NCBI GenBank assembly: GCA_024137785.1
Contig: JAHRHZ010000133.1
Location: 25,037,874-25,101,873 of the forward strand
DNA length: 64,000 bases
Origin: Ginglymostoma cirratum
Lineage: Eukaryota
Direction: 5' to 3'
Made by a program: the position numbers and the translations under genes. Position 1 is the stretch's first letter, and the number at the start of each line of letters is the position of its first letter. This document shows positions 61,775-64,000 of the stretch, in pieces. The notes beneath the pieces were generated by a model. That model had not been told where the DNA came from. It made no database searches and saw only the letters and a program-made list of their open reading frames with translations.

Positions 61775-62145
61775 CAAAGAGAGTTGGGGGTACTTGTATG
61801 TGAAACACAGAAAGCTAGTGCACAGTGCAGCAGGTAATCAGGAAGGCTAATGGAGTGTTAGTTCTTATTTCAATGGAGATTGGGCTATAAGAGTAGGGAG
61901 GTCTTACTGCAACTGTACAAGATACTGGTGAGACCACATCTGGAGTATGGTGAGAATTTTTTAACGAAAATACATCAATCATTGCAAGCAGTTCAGAGAA
62001 GGCTCACTAGGATAATCTCTGGTATGGAGGGATTATGAGCAAAGGCTAAGCAGGTTGGGACTTGACTCACTGGAGTTCAGAAGGGTGAGAGGTGATCTCA
62101 TAAAAACACAGGATTCTTAAGGGGCTTGACAGAGTAAATATTAAG
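61775..62145 (+). mobile_element. Decayed CR1 LINE fragment
   Basis: QQVIRKANGVL, VLLQLYKILVRPHLEY and SLEFRRVRGDLI motifs. Confidence 0.8.
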
Positions 62146-62149
62146 ATCA

Positions 62150-64000
62150 ATCAACATATACACCCCAGTGCATGAAGATCCAGCAGTGTCTCAATTTCTT
62201 AAGGTTCTAACAGGAGGTCATGAAGGAATCTCTCTCAGATAAACTAGAGAGTCTCTGGTGTGTAGTGAAAATGGACACTCCCTGCACTGAGGATAAGTGG
62301 GCAACCTTCAAGAATGTGGTACACTTCAGTGCTCCTGAGGCTCTTGATCTGACCTCTGGTCAGCATCTAGATTCATTCACTAACAACAAAAGTAATTCAA
62401 AAGAGAACATTACATCCATAGGATTTTACCTGAATGACAATGCACACAAAAATATCTGCAAGACTGTTCAGTGTAAGTTCAGGTAGATATAAAATGGGCG
62501 GCTGAATCAGAAGTCAGATGAACTTCAGCCAAATGCACCATGAAGACTGGAAGAGACATTACATTTTATTTTATGTCTATTTACAGGCCCTTGGTTCATT
62601 ACCAATCCTCAGTGTTAACTGTTTGCAGATAAAGCCCAAGTTTGAGAAATATATTCAAAGCGTTTTAAGCATCTCCTCAATCAGCTCTCAACCATCAATG
62701 AAAAAGCAATGAATAGCTGCCACAGGTTTCTATCAGCTGCTATGTTGACGTACCTGCCACACAATTAGAGAGAAAAAAATGTAATCAAACTCCTATCTAG
62801 TGACAAAGCTCCAGGAGCTGATATTACCTCAGCAGAGGTCTACAAGTCTGGCGGCCAATGCCTGACTTAGAGGTTTGCCAAACTCTTCCAGACTGCGTGG
62901 AAGAAAGGAACGAAGCCATAAAAAAACAAAGGTCCATCCGTTGTCCATCTGTAGAAGAGGAACAAGACTCACCAGACTTGTAACAATTATAAAGGAATCT
63001 CACTCCTCTCCATCAGCAGCAAAGGTTTCACAAGAATCCAGATGAACCTTTAGATCCAACATCTTGAACAGCATCTGGATCCAGAGTCAGTGTGGTTTCA
63101 AAAAAGGATAAGGAACCACTGATACAGTGTTTTCTATTAGACAGCTGCAGGTGAAACAGCAAGAACGTAACTTGGACCTCTACACTATGTTTGTTGAGAT
63201 CACCAAGACTTTTGCCATAGTCATCTGTGAGGCCCATTGGAAACAATGGAGAGATTAATTACCCTCAGAAATGCATTCCAGTCTTGTGACACCCTATCCT
63301 GGATGCTGGTGACTCTTCTGACCTATTCCTAGACACTAAAGGAGTTAAAGAGTGATGCTGTGGCAGGGTCAACTATCTTCAGCTTGTTTTTTTTCCTGTT
63401 ATGCTCTCTGATGGCTTCCATACTCATATCAGATGGATGGGAAGCTGCTCAGCCTGACATGAATCTTGGCAAACACCAAACTCTCCAAGCAGATAAATCA
63501 CAATATCTTTTTTGACAATTACTGTACACTAGATGCTGATTCAGAACTGGATATGCCATACAGCATGGACCTGCTATCCAATGATTGCAGCAATTTGGCC
63601 TCAAAATCAGCATGAAGAAAACTGAAATAATGTGCCAGCCTGCTCCAGAAAAACTTACCTCAAGACCCATATTTCAGTCCCCAATCACGACCTGTTAATC
63701 ATGGATAAATTCATTTATCTCACAGCACACTCTCTCGAGCTGCCTATATTGATGACCTTTGACAATTTCAAATATCAGTTTAGAAATGAAGAGGACAAAG
63801 TCTGTCTACCAAACTAAAAATCTATTGACCGATCATCCTGTCCTCTTTGTTCTTCAGATGTAAGGCTTCACATCTGTACTAGAACCATGCAATGAAACTC
63901 AACCACTTTCATTTGAATTTCCTTCAGAGGTTTCAGAGTGTCAGATGGCCAGACAATTACTAGGCACTGAGGTGCTCACATGAACTGATAAGCCAAGTGT
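62150..64000 (+). mobile_element. Decayed RTE-clade LINE (RT region), runs off window end
   Basis: KAPGAD...AEVYKSGG (from 62805), CNNYKGISLLSI (62979-63014), SQCGF (~63085-63099) and FGLKISMKKTEI (63594-63629), broken by stops and frameshifts. Confidence 0.8.

Noticed and set aside
62150-64000. Recent horizontal transfer of an RTE element
   Set aside because: The copy is heavily decayed, and nothing in this sequence alone supports transfer.

Overview
Vertebrate genomic DNA, very likely from a shark, inferred from HE1-like and SacSINE1-like SINEs and elasmobranch-type CR1/Penelope repeats. The only protein-coding gene is the intronless forkhead transcription factor FOXG1 (+ strand, ATG 21374 to stop 22603, 409 aa). 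It has a GC-rich double-CCAAT promoter and a 3'UTR dense in miRNA seed matches. The gene sits near the centre of a ~33 kb CpG-retaining, nearly transposon-free domain (~4.7-38.3 kb, judged by eye). A ~1.9 kb C-rich minisatellite lies just upstream of the promoter. The flanks hold decayed retroelements, including a multi-level nested LINE/SINE stack at 44.3-51.9 kb. The most unusual signal is a set of short (~55-215 bp) Penelope-like insertions, most carrying degenerate minimal hammerhead-ribozyme cores, three with 12-13 bp target-site duplications. One is a 181 bp palindrome and one a 54 bp inverted copy ~250 bp upstream of the FOXG1 CCAAT boxes. Repeat boundaries and family names were read by eye and are approximate.
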